Assembly (NCBI GenBank): GCA_963668675.2
Contig: CAXXMB010000001.1
Span: 672,001-736,000 of the forward strand
DNA: 64,000 bases
Direction: 5' to 3'
Origin: an uncultured Desulfatitalea sp.
Lineage (GTDB): Bacteria; Desulfobacterota; Desulfobacteria; Desulfobacterales; Desulfosarcinaceae
The stretch's first letter is position 1. Each line of letters opens with the position of its first letter. The notes under the pieces are model-generated. The model was not told the origin of the DNA. It did not search any database and worked only from the letters and a program-made list of their open reading frames with translations. This document shows, in pieces, positions 46,607 to 56,823 of this stretch. A program made the translations under genes and the position numbers.

Positions 46607-48268
46607 ATGTCAGATACCAGATTGTCAAGACGCAGTTTCATCGCGGCAGCCGGGATGAGTGCCGCCGCCATGACGTTGGATGTGAGCCGGATCAAAGCCT
46701 GCGCCGCCAGCATGGGGCCCAAAAGCGACTATCCGGTGGTCGTGATCGGCGCCGGGCTGGGCGGTTTGACTTGCGCCGCCTACCTGGCTCGAGAGGGTGT
46801 GCCGGTCACTGTGGTGGAGCAGCATTCGGTGCCGGGCGGATATGCCACGGCATTCGAGCGGGAGGGCGGCAAATACAACTTTGAAGTATCGTTGCACGGT
46901 ACATCGATCAACAACAACAGCCCGGCCAGAATTCTCGATGACCTCGGGGTGTTGCAGAAGCTGGAACTCGTGAGACTGCCGGACACCTACCGGATCAAAA
47001 CCTCCGCCGGTGATGTGGTGGTGCCCCAGAGCGATCCGGAGGGGTTTATTGAAAATCTATCCCGGCGCTTTCCGCCGGAGGCCGAGGGCATCCGCAGCTT
47101 CGTGAACGAGATGCTCACCGTTCACACCGAAACAGAAGCGTATGGAAGCAGGAGCGCGTTCTACAAGAAGTATTTCAAGCTGATCTTTCCTTTGATGTAT
47201 CCGACCATGTGGAAGATGCGGTCGAAATCCCTCGCCGATCTGCTGGATGATCATGTGCAATCGCCGAAGGTGCGCAACCTGCTCTCCTTTTTATGGGGGT
47301 ACTACGGCCTGCCGCCATCCAAACTATCGGGATTCTACTACGCCCTGGCAACCGGCGAATATCTAAAGAACGGCTCTTACTACATCAAGGATCGCTCACA
47401 GCGGCTGAGCGGCCTTCTGGCAGGCACCATCGAAACCGCCGGCGGCCGGATGATCTTCAACCATGCCGTCGAGAAGGTTGCGTTGAAGGGGAGAGCGGTT
47501 TCCGGGGTGACGCTTTCCGATGGGCGTGCGTTGCCGGCCCGCTCTGTGGTGTGCAACGGCAGCGCTTTGACGCTGTTCGAGCAGATGCTGCCCGACAAGA
47601 GCGTCCCGGAGGAGTACCTTAAAAAGCTCAACGCTTATCACCCCAGTATCTCCTGTTTTCTTGTATGGCTCGGTTTGAACCGGTCGATTGTGGATCGGGT
47701 ACCTGGCTACAGCACAGCGGTCGAGAGCGGCCACTCACCGGAGGACGCCTATGCCCTCGGCATAAAGGGCGACATCGAAAATGTGCCCTATTCGGTGTGT
47801 GTCTATGATCATCTCTATGAAGGCTATTCGGCTCCCGGCACGTCAACGCTGATGATCATTGCGCTGGTTGGATATGAACCATGGCGTCGTTTTGAGTCCG
47901 ATTACCGGGCCGGTCGCAAGGAGGCCTATCTGGGAGAAAAGAAACGGTGGGCAGAGACCCTTGTTCGGCGTACAGAGCACGATCTGATCACGGGACTGGG
48001 CCAAATGATCGAAGTACAGGAGTCAGCCACTCCCCTGACCAACTGGCGCTATACCGGCAACACGGAGGGGGCGATATATGGGTTTGAACAATCGATGGAA
48101 AACGCCTATATGAATCGGATCAGCAACCGGACACCCATCGAGGGCCTCTACCTGGCCGGATCATGGGGCAATCCCGGCGGCGGATACGCCGGGGTGCTGC
48201 GCAGCGGGCAGATGACCTTTGAAATGATGATGCAGGATTGGGGGGGTGACCAAGGCGACCATGTTTGA
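46607..48268 (+). CDS. Phytoene dehydrogenase/retinol saturase-like FAD oxidoreductase with a Tat signal
   Basis: SRRSFIAAAG twin-arginine; VIGAGLGGL…VEQHSVPGGYA; ATPLTNWRYT..GAIYG; GLYLAG.W..PGGG. Confidence 0.85.
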   Translation: MSDTRLSRRSFIAAAGMSAAAMTLDVSRIKACAASMGPKSDYPVVVIGAGLGGLTCAAYLAREGVPVTVVEQHSVPGGYATAFEREGGKYNFEVSLHGTSINNNSPARILDDLGVLQKLELVRLPDTYRIKTSAGDVVVPQSDPEGFIENLSRRFPPEAEGIRSFVNEMLTVHTETEAYGSRSAFYKKYFKLIFPLMYPTMWKMRSKSLADLLDDHVQSPKVRNLLSFLWGYYGLPPSKLSGFYYALATGEYLKNGSYYIKDRSQRLSGLLAGTIETAGGRMIFNHAVEKVALKGRAVSGVTLSDGRALPARSVVCNGSALTLFEQMLPDKSVPEEYLKKLNAYHPSISCFLVWLGLNRSIVDRVPGYSTAVESGHSPEDAYALGIKGDIENVPYSVCVYDHLYEGYSAPGTSTLMIIALVGYEPWRRFESDYRAGRKEAYLGEKKRWAETLVRRTEHDLITGLGQMIEVQESATPLTNWRYTGNTEGAIYGFEQSMENAYMNRISNRTPIEGLYLAGSWGNPGGGYAGVLRSGQMTFEMMMQDWGGDQGDHV

Positions 48269-49319
48269 AATGAAATCATACGCACAGCCGCCAAGCTTCG
48301 GCCGATTAGGCAAAACGCTGCTCTACACCGCGGCGTTCAATACGATCATTGCGGTGCTGCTGTTCGTGGTCGGCTTCGGCCATCCCTTTTTGCAAACGCT
48401 TCTCTACTCCCAATGCATTGGACTTACCATCTGCATGTGTGTGGTCTGGTCCCTCTATGCTACTCGCAACAGGGCAGCTGCTGTTCGAGGCGCGGGCGTT
48501 GTCGCGGCTTTGGTTTTGGGTGCCGTCGGGGGTAACTTCATCGCCGCGTCTTTCATTCGGTTTTCCGGGGATCCCATCGACACCAAAAGTCACCTCCTGT
48601 GGCAGATCATAGGGATCAGTGTCCTGTTCGGTATGATCATTACCTATTTTTTTCACAGCAAAGAGGAGCTTTCGGCTACCATCCAGATGGCCCAAGAGGA
48701 GCGTATCAAACGCCTTTCCAGTGAGAAGTTGGCCCTGGAGGCTGATCTGAAGCGGCTGCAGGCGCAGGTGGAACCACACTTCCTGTTTAATACGCTCTCC
48801 AATATCGTGAGCCTCATGGAGAGCGATCCGGCCAAAGCCAAAAGCATGCAGCTGGATCTGATCCGCTACCTGCGCACCGCTTTGGGCCGCAGTCGGGACA
48901 AGGTGACCACCCTTGGCCAGGAGGCGGATCTGATTCAGGCCTACCTGGATATTTTCAAGATTCGGATGGGTGAGCGGCTGCACTACACCATCGACATTCC
49001 CGGTTCGTTGAAAGCGCTGCCGCTGGCCCCCATGCTTCTGCAGCCCATCGTGGAGAACGCCCTGCTGCACGGGTTGGAGCCGAAGATCGAGGGCGGAACG
49101 ATCAACATTCGTGCCCAAAAGCGTGAGGGCGGTGTCAGTATCGAAATTTCAGACAGCGGCAACGGGATGGTTGAGCATCACCCATCCGGTGTCGGACTGA
49201 CCAACGTAAAACAGCGTTTGGCTCAACTTTACGGAAAACAAGGGCGACTGGTGATCAGGGAGAACCGGCCGTGCGGGGTGACGGTGTCGGTCGACGTGCC
49301 GATAGCGGAGCGAATTTAG
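48261..49319 (+). CDS. LytS/YehU-type membrane sensor histidine kinase
   Basis: Four TMs; LQAQVEPHFLFNTL, LQPIVENALLHG, DSGNG, GVGLTNVKQRL. Confidence 0.93.
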   Translation: MFEMKSYAQPPSFGRLGKTLLYTAAFNTIIAVLLFVVGFGHPFLQTLLYSQCIGLTICMCVVWSLYATRNRAAAVRGAGVVAALVLGAVGGNFIAASFIRFSGDPIDTKSHLLWQIIGISVLFGMIITYFFHSKEELSATIQMAQEERIKRLSSEKLALEADLKRLQAQVEPHFLFNTLSNIVSLMESDPAKAKSMQLDLIRYLRTALGRSRDKVTTLGQEADLIQAYLDIFKIRMGERLHYTIDIPGSLKALPLAPMLLQPIVENALLHGLEPKIEGGTINIRAQKREGGVSIEISDSGNGMVEHHPSGVGLTNVKQRLAQLYGKQGRLVIRENRPCGVTVSVDVPIAERI

Positions 49320-49357
49320 CCATGCGCCACTCAGGTCACGGAGGGAGAGCAGGTACC

Positions 49358-49642
49358 ATGGATAATGAACAGGTTTATGAACAGGCCAGAAGAAGAGCCA
49401 ATGCAAAACTTGGCTTCTATACTCATTTGACGGTATACATTGTTGTCAACCTGCTGTTGATCGCCATCAACCTGATCTCATCTGCCCGGCACTACTGGTT
49501 CATATGGCCGATGCTGGGATGGGGCGTGGGGATCTGTTTCCACGGCATGGGGACATTTCTGTTTTTGAGCGGGTCGGGTTTCAAAGAGCGCATGATTCAA
49601 AGGGAGGTCGAGAAGATGACCGCCGAGAGAGACGGGAAGTAG
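49358..49642 (+). CDS. 2TM-domain protein
   Basis: GFYTHLTVYIVVN…WFIWPMLGWGVGICFHG. Confidence 0.88.
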   Translation: MDNEQVYEQARRRANAKLGFYTHLTVYIVVNLLLIAINLISSARHYWFIWPMLGWGVGICFHGMGTFLFLSGSGFKERMIQREVEKMTAERDGK

Positions 49643-49646
49643 AAGG

Positions 49647-50417
49647 ATGCCGGTTCATGCCAAAGCCATTATTGCCGATGATGAGGCGCCTTTGCGGGCC
49701 TATTTGAGGGAGAAGTTGGCTGACGTGTGGCCGGAGCTGGAGATCTGCGCCGAGGCCGTCAACGGCGAAGAGGCAATTGCGGCAGTGGAAGCCCACACAC
49801 CGCAGATCGCGTTTCTGGACATTCGCATGCCGGGCTTCACTGGTATGCAGGTCGCCGAGAAGATCGCCGCATCCTGCCGCATCGTTTTCGTGACCGCATA
49901 CGATGATTATGCCGTGGATGCATTCGAAACGGAGGCGGTTGACTACCTGCTCAAGCCGGTCGTCAAAGAGCGGCTGCAACGCACCGTAACACGCCTGAAA
50001 AAAGAGCTGGCCGAAAACGTGGCGTATCCTGAAAACGCCGCCGAGTGGATGCGGCGACTCATCGAGCACGTTGCCCCGATGAGCGGTCCTTCATCGCTGC
50101 AATGGCTTCGCGTCCAGCACGGAGACGGTGTGCAGCTGATTGCCGTGCAGGATGTGATCTACTTCCAGGCCAGTGATAAGTATACGGCGGTCATCACCGC
50201 CTCGGGAGAGTCACTGATCCGTAAAAGCATTCGCGAGCTCGCCGCGGAACTGGACCCCAACTGCTTTTGCCAAATTCACCGCAGCACCATCGTCAACCTC
50301 ACCCGTATCGACAAGGTGAGCCGTTCACTCACCGGAAGGGGTGTCATCCGACTAAAAGAGAGATCGGAGACACTCACCATCAGCCGGCCATATCTTCACT
50401 GCTTCAAACAGATGTAG
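49647..50417 (+). CDS. LytTR-family response regulator
   Basis: ADDE, FLDIRMPG, FVTAYD.YA..AF..AVDYLLKP; ASDKYT, QIHRSTIVN, ISRPY. Confidence 0.95.
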   Translation: MPVHAKAIIADDEAPLRAYLREKLADVWPELEICAEAVNGEEAIAAVEAHTPQIAFLDIRMPGFTGMQVAEKIAASCRIVFVTAYDDYAVDAFETEAVDYLLKPVVKERLQRTVTRLKKELAENVAYPENAAEWMRRLIEHVAPMSGPSSLQWLRVQHGDGVQLIAVQDVIYFQASDKYTAVITASGESLIRKSIRELAAELDPNCFCQIHRSTIVNLTRIDKVSRSLTGRGVIRLKERSETLTISRPYLHCFKQM

Positions 50418-52728
50418 AAGGTCTCTTCTTCTGAGGCTTGAGCCAGTTGTCTTTTTGGGCGTCGGCCAGCATGGCGGATAGGGGTACCGCTGCACGGTAG
50501 CCCAGTTCGCGATAAGCGTCGAACTGATTTTCGTCGAAAAACTGATCGCCGGTGGCCTGGTCCGGGAAACTGGCATGGCGGGCGCGATAGCCGTAAAGAT
50601 CAGCTGGCACATCGGTGAGCAGGGTGGATTTGATCAGGTAGATATGGCCGGTTTTGGCCGGGTACTGCTCCGTTTCCGGGTATTCGATGGTGCCGCAGGC
50701 GAAGCTTTTCTCCGCAAGATCGAATTTTTCGGCAAAAACATCATCCTTGTAAGACGATGGCAGCATGCTGCCGAGCGTTTCGTGTTCTGGCCTGAAACGG
50801 ATATAGGCGCCGAAATCGGACCGCACCCGCTCGATGGCGTTGGCCAGGTCCCCGAAGGTGAACTGCTCGTCGGCGCTGCCATCCGAGACGATGATGCTAT
50901 CCACCCGTCGGCGGATCAACTCGTAGATGCCCAGGTTTTCAAAGTGGCCGCCATCGGAGAGTTCGATGAAACGGCTTTTTTCCCTATGACCAACGCAGCT
51001 GAGAAGACTGCATAGGCCGGGGGTGATCAAATTGGGTGTCCTTTTTGGGGCCCCTTTGTCCGGGTTGGTGGCCCAGAATCCGAGTCGCAGGTTGAAGAAG
51101 GTCATAATGAACGAGACGAAGCGGTCGCAGGTGGGACCGACGCCGGAAAGGCCGGAGTGCGGGTTCAGGGCGGCGCCGGAGGTGGACATGGCCGTGGCCA
51201 GAGTCAGGCCCGATATTGTGTCACCGTCCGCTTTCATGAATCGGTCTGTAGCCCGGTATCCGGTGGCTTCGCTGCCGCAGAAGAGCGGTGAGAGCAGAAA
51301 GTTATCCCCACGGCGGTTTTTGTACTTTTTCGTCTCTGCCCTGAAGAGGATGATGTTGGTGTTGATCAGGTGGTAGGGCTTCCGAATCTTTACCTCTTCG
51401 CTGCACGGAACAATTTGTTTTTCAAGACACATGGTTTCAAGGAGGGCTTTGTCGCCTGAAACGGCTCGATCCCAGCGATTCGAGGCGACCGCCTCATCTT
51501 CAGGCAGGAAGGTCTCCATCAATCGGTCCCGATAGTGACTGCCCAAAGTCGAATCGTTCATGTTGATCAAAAAGCCGGCAGCTGCAGCAAGCAGGGCGAC
51601 AACGAGAAAACGGGATATGGGGTATCCGTCGGCTGCGGCTTCTGTTGTTGCCGGCATTTCCAGGAAGTTGAGACTTACATGATAGGCGACGGCCAATAGG
51701 CAGAAGATAAAAAACAGGGCGCCGGCACGAAAAAGCAGGCTGCCGATCCACTCTTTTTTGAACAGATTGGTCTTTCCCAGAAAGGTTCTCATCTTAGCCG
51801 AAGCCGCCCAGATACCGGAGAGATAACCGACAAGGCCCAGCAGTTTGATGCCTTCGGATACCGTTGTTTCGACGATGGGAATGACAGCAAGTACGATGGC
51901 GAAGAGCAGGATCACCATGAGGGTGCCTTCTGCTCGCTGTAGCCGCAAACGCAGATCATAGCCTTCAATCATGATGCGGGGGAACAGGCGCTTTAAAAAT
52001 AGTGTGACGTAGAAGAGCATCGCCAACAGCGTGGCCAAAATCGGCAGAAGGATGATGACAACCTTGGTAAAACGAAAGAGGGAGTGATTTTTCCAGTTCG
52101 GTAGTTGCACCGCGGAGGCCGTTTCGCTTTTGGCATCCGGTGTGCTCTCACTCGACAAAAAGCGGTCGACGATGGGGTCGGCAACCTGCAGGACACTGTC
52201 CACAGTGGCGTCGACAAATGGGAGTTGGGTAACGGCTATCAATAAGGTCAATGCCACCGTGATCAGAAAAAAGTAGATGAGTGCAGAGACAATCAGGCTG
52301 CGGATCAGTACGGAAATGGTGGAGATGGCGTTCAAGCCGTTGCCGGGAAAGAGGTAGTTGCCGTGCTGGCGCAGAAAAGAGATGAAGTCGGGTTTGCTTG
52401 AAGGGTCGCTGTCTTTTTTGCCAAAGGGTTGAGTGTCATCGAAAAACCGATCACCTTCCCCGGCATGATGTTTTCTGAACCAGGTCAGGGCGGCGCCGAT
52501 ATAGCCACCACCCGATACGGTAGAGAGGTAGTCTGCGCGATGCAATATGTGGTGGGCCATGAGCGCCTGGAGGACCCCCAAACCGAAGGAGGCGCTGCGG
52601 ATGCCGCCGCCCGAAAGAGCGATGCCAAGGGTCTTTTGGCCGTTTTTGATGCCGAGTGCTTTTTCCTCTTTTTCCCGCACATCCTGGAAGGTTACCGTCT
52701 CAATGGTAGTGTCGTTATCGCCGGCCAT
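50404..52728 (-). CDS. Patatin/cPLA2-like phospholipase with a central multi-TM insertion
   Basis: ALSGGGIRSA, LSTVSGGGY, LSDGGHFENLG; several hydrophobic helices between these motifs; RBS AGGAGG before ATG 52728. Confidence 0.82.
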   Translation of the reverse strand: MAGDNDTTIETVTFQDVREKEEKALGIKNGQKTLGIALSGGGIRSASFGLGVLQALMAHHILHRADYLSTVSGGGYIGAALTWFRKHHAGEGDRFFDDTQPFGKKDSDPSSKPDFISFLRQHGNYLFPGNGLNAISTISVLIRSLIVSALIYFFLITVALTLLIAVTQLPFVDATVDSVLQVADPIVDRFLSSESTPDAKSETASAVQLPNWKNHSLFRFTKVVIILLPILATLLAMLFYVTLFLKRLFPRIMIEGYDLRLRLQRAEGTLMVILLFAIVLAVIPIVETTVSEGIKLLGLVGYLSGIWAASAKMRTFLGKTNLFKKEWIGSLLFRAGALFFIFCLLAVAYHVSLNFLEMPATTEAAADGYPISRFLVVALLAAAAGFLINMNDSTLGSHYRDRLMETFLPEDEAVASNRWDRAVSGDKALLETMCLEKQIVPCSEEVKIRKPYHLINTNIILFRAETKKYKNRRGDNFLLSPLFCGSEATGYRATDRFMKADGDTISGLTLATAMSTSGAALNPHSGLSGVGPTCDRFVSFIMTFFNLRLGFWATNPDKGAPKRTPNLITPGLCSLLSCVGHREKSRFIELSDGGHFENLGIYELIRRRVDSIIVSDGSADEQFTFGDLANAIERVRSDFGAYIRFRPEHETLGSMLPSSYKDDVFAEKFDLAEKSFACGTIEYPETEQYPAKTGHIYLIKSTLLTDVPADLYGYRARHASFPDQATGDQFFDENQFDAYRELGYRAAVPLSAMLADAQKDNWLKPQKKRPSTSV

Positions 52729-52738
52729 TGCACACCTC

Positions 52739-54352
52739 CTATTCGAACAGCATTTCGAGATAGTCTTTGGAGATGGGGTCGATGCCTTCAAATTGGTGGT
52801 CGGGCGAGTCGTTGCGCTTGGCGATCTGAGTTCTCAGGCGGTCGGCAACGGTTTTGCCCAACTCAACGCCGAACTGATCGAACGAATTGATGCCCCAGAT
52901 AAATCCCTCGTATACGGTGCGTGCCTCGTAGAAACTAAGCAGCCGGCCGATGTTGATCGGCTCGAGGTCTTCGAGCACAATGACCGATGAGGGACGATTC
53001 CCGCTGAAGTATCGTGCGCGGTCGTCGTGGTCGCGTCCTTCGGCAAGGGCGGTGGCCTGGGCCAGGAGGTTGGCCCAGAGCTCCTGGTGGTTTGTGACGC
53101 CTTTGGAGCGGGTGGTGTATTGGGCGTATTGGGGCTGCCGAACGCCGATGAAATCGATGGGAAAGGGGTTTCCCTGATGGGCGAGTTGGAAAAAGGAGTG
53201 CTGGGCATTGGTGCCAGGCTCTCCGAAGATGACCACGCCCGCGGGACGGGGCAGGGGGGTCCCCTTGATATCAACCGCTTTGCCGTTGCTCTCCATGTTG
53301 AGCTGCTGGACATGGGGCGCCAGTTTGGAGAGCGGCGACGCGTAGGGAATGATGCCCTGCTGCGGATAGTTCAGATAGGTGGTGTTCCAGACCGATATCA
53401 AGGCCGCCAGGAGGGGAAGATTCTCAGCCGCCGGCGCATTGCGGGAATGCTCGTCCATTTCGGCGGCGCCCTGCAGGAAGGCTTCGAATCGGTCGTATCC
53501 GAGCAGAAGGCTTAACGGCACGCCTCCAACGGCAGAGGAGACGCTGTAGCGTCCACCGATGTAATCGAACATGTGGAACGTCTGCAGTACGGGACGGCTG
53601 GGATCGTCTCCGGGACTCCCTTTGGCGGTTACGGTGACTGTGTGCTTGGCGGGGTCGATGCCTTGATCGCGCATGAACTGCTCCGCCAGGTGGGTGTTGG
53701 CGGAGGTTTCTGCGGTGGTATAGCTCTTGGAGATAACGATCCAAAGCGTGGTCTGGGGGTCTATGTGCCGCACCACTGCACCGAAGTTGTGAACATCCAC
53801 GTTGGCGAGATAGTGAATGCTGATCTGCTTGTCGGCAAATGCCGCCAGCGCGGTGGAGACAAACTCGGTTCCCAGGTATGATCCGCCGATGCCGATCACG
53901 ATCACATGGCGAAAAGGTTGGCCGCTACCGCTCTTTATCTCGCCGGAATGAACCTGCTCGCTGAACCGTTTGATCTGTTGGCGTACGCCGTGGATATCGG
54001 GCATGACATTCTGACCATCCACGAGGATCTGCTCGCTGCCGAAATAGCGTGAGGCGGTGTGCAGGACAGCGCGCTCCTCCGTTACGTTGAGCTTGGCGCC
54101 GCTGCACATCTGAGCGAACCGATTGCGCAGGCCGAGGTGCGCGTCCAGGGAGGTTAGATCCTCCATGATGGCGTTGTCCAGCCGCTGACGGGCGTAATCG
54201 AAAAAGAGGCCGCCACCGGTAGCGGAGAACGCCTCAAAACGGTCGGGGGCAGCCAGCAGTTGTTTCAGGTGCTTCTCCGGGCGCTGCATGGCAGCGGCAT
54301 GCTTTTGAAGCTTGGCGTGAAGGTCGAGTTGGTCCAGGCGATAGGCTTTCAT
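52739..54352 (-). CDS. pgi: Glucose-6-phosphate isomerase
   Basis: IGIGGSYLG, SKSYTT.ET, IGGRYSV.SAVG, QQLNMESNGK, EPGTNAQHSFFQL, FDQFGVELGK. Confidence 0.95.
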   Translation of the reverse strand: MKAYRLDQLDLHAKLQKHAAAMQRPEKHLKQLLAAPDRFEAFSATGGGLFFDYARQRLDNAIMEDLTSLDAHLGLRNRFAQMCSGAKLNVTEERAVLHTASRYFGSEQILVDGQNVMPDIHGVRQQIKRFSEQVHSGEIKSGSGQPFRHVIVIGIGGSYLGTEFVSTALAAFADKQISIHYLANVDVHNFGAVVRHIDPQTTLWIVISKSYTTAETSANTHLAEQFMRDQGIDPAKHTVTVTAKGSPGDDPSRPVLQTFHMFDYIGGRYSVSSAVGGVPLSLLLGYDRFEAFLQGAAEMDEHSRNAPAAENLPLLAALISVWNTTYLNYPQQGIIPYASPLSKLAPHVQQLNMESNGKAVDIKGTPLPRPAGVVIFGEPGTNAQHSFFQLAHQGNPFPIDFIGVRQPQYAQYTTRSKGVTNHQELWANLLAQATALAEGRDHDDRARYFSGNRPSSVIVLEDLEPINIGRLLSFYEARTVYEGFIWGINSFDQFGVELGKTVADRLRTQIAKRNDSPDHQFEGIDPISKDYLEMLFE

Positions 54353-54374
54353 GGTGTAAGTCCTATGTATAAGC

Positions 54375-55013
54375 TTATGGGTTTTGGATGTCGGACAGGG
54401 CATCGTAGATATCTTGAACCATTTGGGCAGAGATCTGGGCTGCCGCTTCGCTCATGGCTACGGCCAGCGCAGCGGGCGTCTTGGCGGTACACTCTCGCTT
54501 TGCGGCATAACTTTTCTGGAGGATAACGCGGCGCGATACATCCGTCTCTCTGGCGTCCATCAGGGTAATACTGAGTTTAAGCGATGCCTGCCCTCGTGAA
54601 GTAAAATCCTCTTCGAGGAACGTCTCGACCCAGCCCTTGATGATGTGGGTTGGCAGAACAGTCGCATCGGGTGACAGTACCGCTTTGAACACCTCGCTGC
54701 TGCGAAGGTCGCGTCCGAGAAAAAAGGCCAGCATCTCACCCGGTGCTGCGATCCACTGGAAATGGGCATATGCATTGCGATGAAGACCTTTGTCCGCATA
54801 AATGATCCGTTGGGTATGAAAGGGCGGGGTTGCAGCAAAGCGGTCGACGCGCAGTACATTCATCAGTTTCGAGTTCTCCATCGGCACGGGCGATGGGTAG
54901 TCCAGGGTGTAGTAGTAGGTTGGCTTGCCTGCCTTGGATCCTGCGCAGGCGGCCAGCATGAAAAGGAGGGCGATAAGGGGAAGGTGGCCTGCTATGCGGG
55001 TTCGCCATTTCAT
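54375..55013 (-). CDS. PqiC/ABC_trans_aux-family lipoprotein
   Basis: Lipobox LAAC; YYTL, W.AAP..ML; last gene of an Mla/Pqi-like block. Confidence 0.82.
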   Translation of the reverse strand: MKWRTRIAGHLPLIALLFMLAACAGSKAGKPTYYYTLDYPSPVPMENSKLMNVLRVDRFAATPPFHTQRIIYADKGLHRNAYAHFQWIAAPGEMLAFFLGRDLRSSEVFKAVLSPDATVLPTHIIKGWVETFLEEDFTSRGQASLKLSITLMDARETDVSRRVILQKSYAAKRECTAKTPAALAVAMSEAAAQISAQMVQDIYDALSDIQNP

Positions 55014-55032
55014 CTCGAGACGTATGCTCCTT

Positions 55033-56046
55033 TTAAGGTGCTGATGGTTTCTCTTCGGGCGGATCGCTGAAGACGATCTGGGAAGGCTCGGATGCGACCC
55101 GTTCCAGGAATTGGTTCAAGGTGTCGCTGGCCCGCTCGATGTGCTCTAAGGTCAGCGTGATTCGGCGTTGGACAGCATCGACATTGCGGTCCGTATTCTC
55201 CAGCATGATAGCGGCGTTCTGCATGGCGCGTCTGACTTCCAGAGCAGAAGCCTTGAGGTCTTTGGTGACCGCTTGGATATCACTGCCGCTGGATTCGATC
55301 ACCCCATCGAGCCTTCCCACGGTTTTCCGGATATCGCTGATGCCGCCATCCGCGTTGACGGCCATCTTGTTCACGTTTTCGGAGGTCTGTTCGAATGAGT
55401 TCAGCATTCGGTCCAGATTTTTTGCATCCAGCACCTTCTGCAGGTTTTTAAGCGTATCGCGAACATCAGCGACCATGGTATCCAACTGTGCGTCGTCCAG
55501 GGTTCGGTTGACCTTTTTCAGGGCCGTGGTCAGCTCATCTGAAATGGTTTTGGTGTCCAGCGCCCTGAAAATGGAAAACATGTCCTCCAGACCTTTGAAG
55601 AACTTGCTGATCTCGGACGGACGCGTGGGAAGCACCGGGTAGGGCGGTTTCAGGTCGGCAGATGGATAGATCAGGGGCTCATCACCCTTCTTCTGTTCGA
55701 GTTCGATGAACATCAGCCCGGTGATGCCGACCGATTTGAGTTGGGCCACAATCTGCTGGCCGGCCATTCCGTTGGGCTGCAGATCGGTTTCAATCTTCAT
55801 AACCACCTCGATAAGGCGTTCATTGGCGGCCACTCCGATAGCATGGACACGGCCGATGTAGACCCCCCTGTATTTGACCGGTGAATCCTTGTCCAGCCCC
55901 TGTACCGACTCATCGAAGTAGGCGACAAAGAGGCGTCCCTTTTCAAGGTAGTTCGACATGCCGAGCCAGATGATACCGACAACGACGATGGCGAGGCCTA
56001 AAATAAGGAAGATTCCGACGCTGAATTTTGTTCTTAACGTGGCCAT
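55033..56046 (-). CDS. MCE/MlaD-family protein
   Basis: N-terminal TM; YFDESVQGL…SPVKYRGV.IG.V; GITGLMFIEL; helical tail. Confidence 0.9.
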   Translation of the reverse strand: MATLRTKFSVGIFLILGLAIVVVGIIWLGMSNYLEKGRLFVAYFDESVQGLDKDSPVKYRGVYIGRVHAIGVAANERLIEVVMKIETDLQPNGMAGQQIVAQLKSVGITGLMFIELEQKKGDEPLIYPSADLKPPYPVLPTRPSEISKFFKGLEDMFSIFRALDTKTISDELTTALKKVNRTLDDAQLDTMVADVRDTLKNLQKVLDAKNLDRMLNSFEQTSENVNKMAVNADGGISDIRKTVGRLDGVIESSGSDIQAVTKDLKASALEVRRAMQNAAIMLENTDRNVDAVQRRITLTLEHIERASDTLNQFLERVASEPSQIVFSDPPEEKPSAP

Positions 56047-56822
56047 ACGCTTCTTTGGGATATGCTCGCTTGACGGTTGAAAAACTGGCGCACCACCGGG
56101 TTGGGGCTTCGCTCCTTAAGCTCGTTGGGATCTCCCTGGGCCACCACGCCCTTAGCCGATTTATCCAGCATTATGATGCGATGCGCAACCTTAAAGATGA
56201 TGTTGAGTGAGTGGGTGATAATCACCATGGTCGTTCCGATGCTGTGGTTGATGCGCATCACCAGCTCTTCTATTTCGGCGGAGATCACCGGATCCAGACC
56301 GGCCGTGGGTTCGTCGAGAAAGAGTATTTCCGGATTGAGTGCCAATGCCCGAGCCAGGGCCGCACGCTTGATCATGCCGCCGCTCAGTTCGGATGGCAAA
56401 TGATTCTCATACCCTCCCAGGTCCACACTGCACAGCTTCATGTGTACCAAAGCGGCGATGGCTGAGGGGGGAAGATCGGTGTACTCCTGTATGGGCAGGG
56501 CCACGTTTTCGGCGATGGTCATGGAGCCGAACAGGGCGCCGCCCTGAAAGAGGATGCCGATTTTGCGCAGCGCTTTATCAAATGTCTCCTCGTCTCCGTT
56601 GGTGATGTCATAACCATCGATGACGATCTGCCCGCTGTGGGGCGGCAGCAGTCCCACCAGGTGGCGCAGCAGCGTGGTCTTGCCACAGCCGCTGCCGCCG
56701 ATGATCGCCAGGATTTCGCCCTGCTGGACGTCAAAGGTGACATCCTTGAGAATCGGCGTATCGCCGTAGCGCGCTTCAAGGTTGCGGACCTCGATCAATG
56801 ATGCGATTGTCTTCTCTTCCAT
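56034..56822 (-). CDS. MlaF-family ABC ATPase
   Basis: GGSGCGKTT, LFQGGALF, LSGGM.KR.ALARAL, DEPTAGLDP. Confidence 0.93.
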   Translation of the reverse strand: MEEKTIASLIEVRNLEARYGDTPILKDVTFDVQQGEILAIIGGSGCGKTTLLRHLVGLLPPHSGQIVIDGYDITNGDEETFDKALRKIGILFQGGALFGSMTIAENVALPIQEYTDLPPSAIAALVHMKLCSVDLGGYENHLPSELSGGMIKRAALARALALNPEILFLDEPTAGLDPVISAEIEELVMRINHSIGTTMVIITHSLNIIFKVAHRIIMLDKSAKGVVAQGDPNELKERSPNPVVRQFFNRQASISQRSVWPR

Positions 56823-56823
56823 A

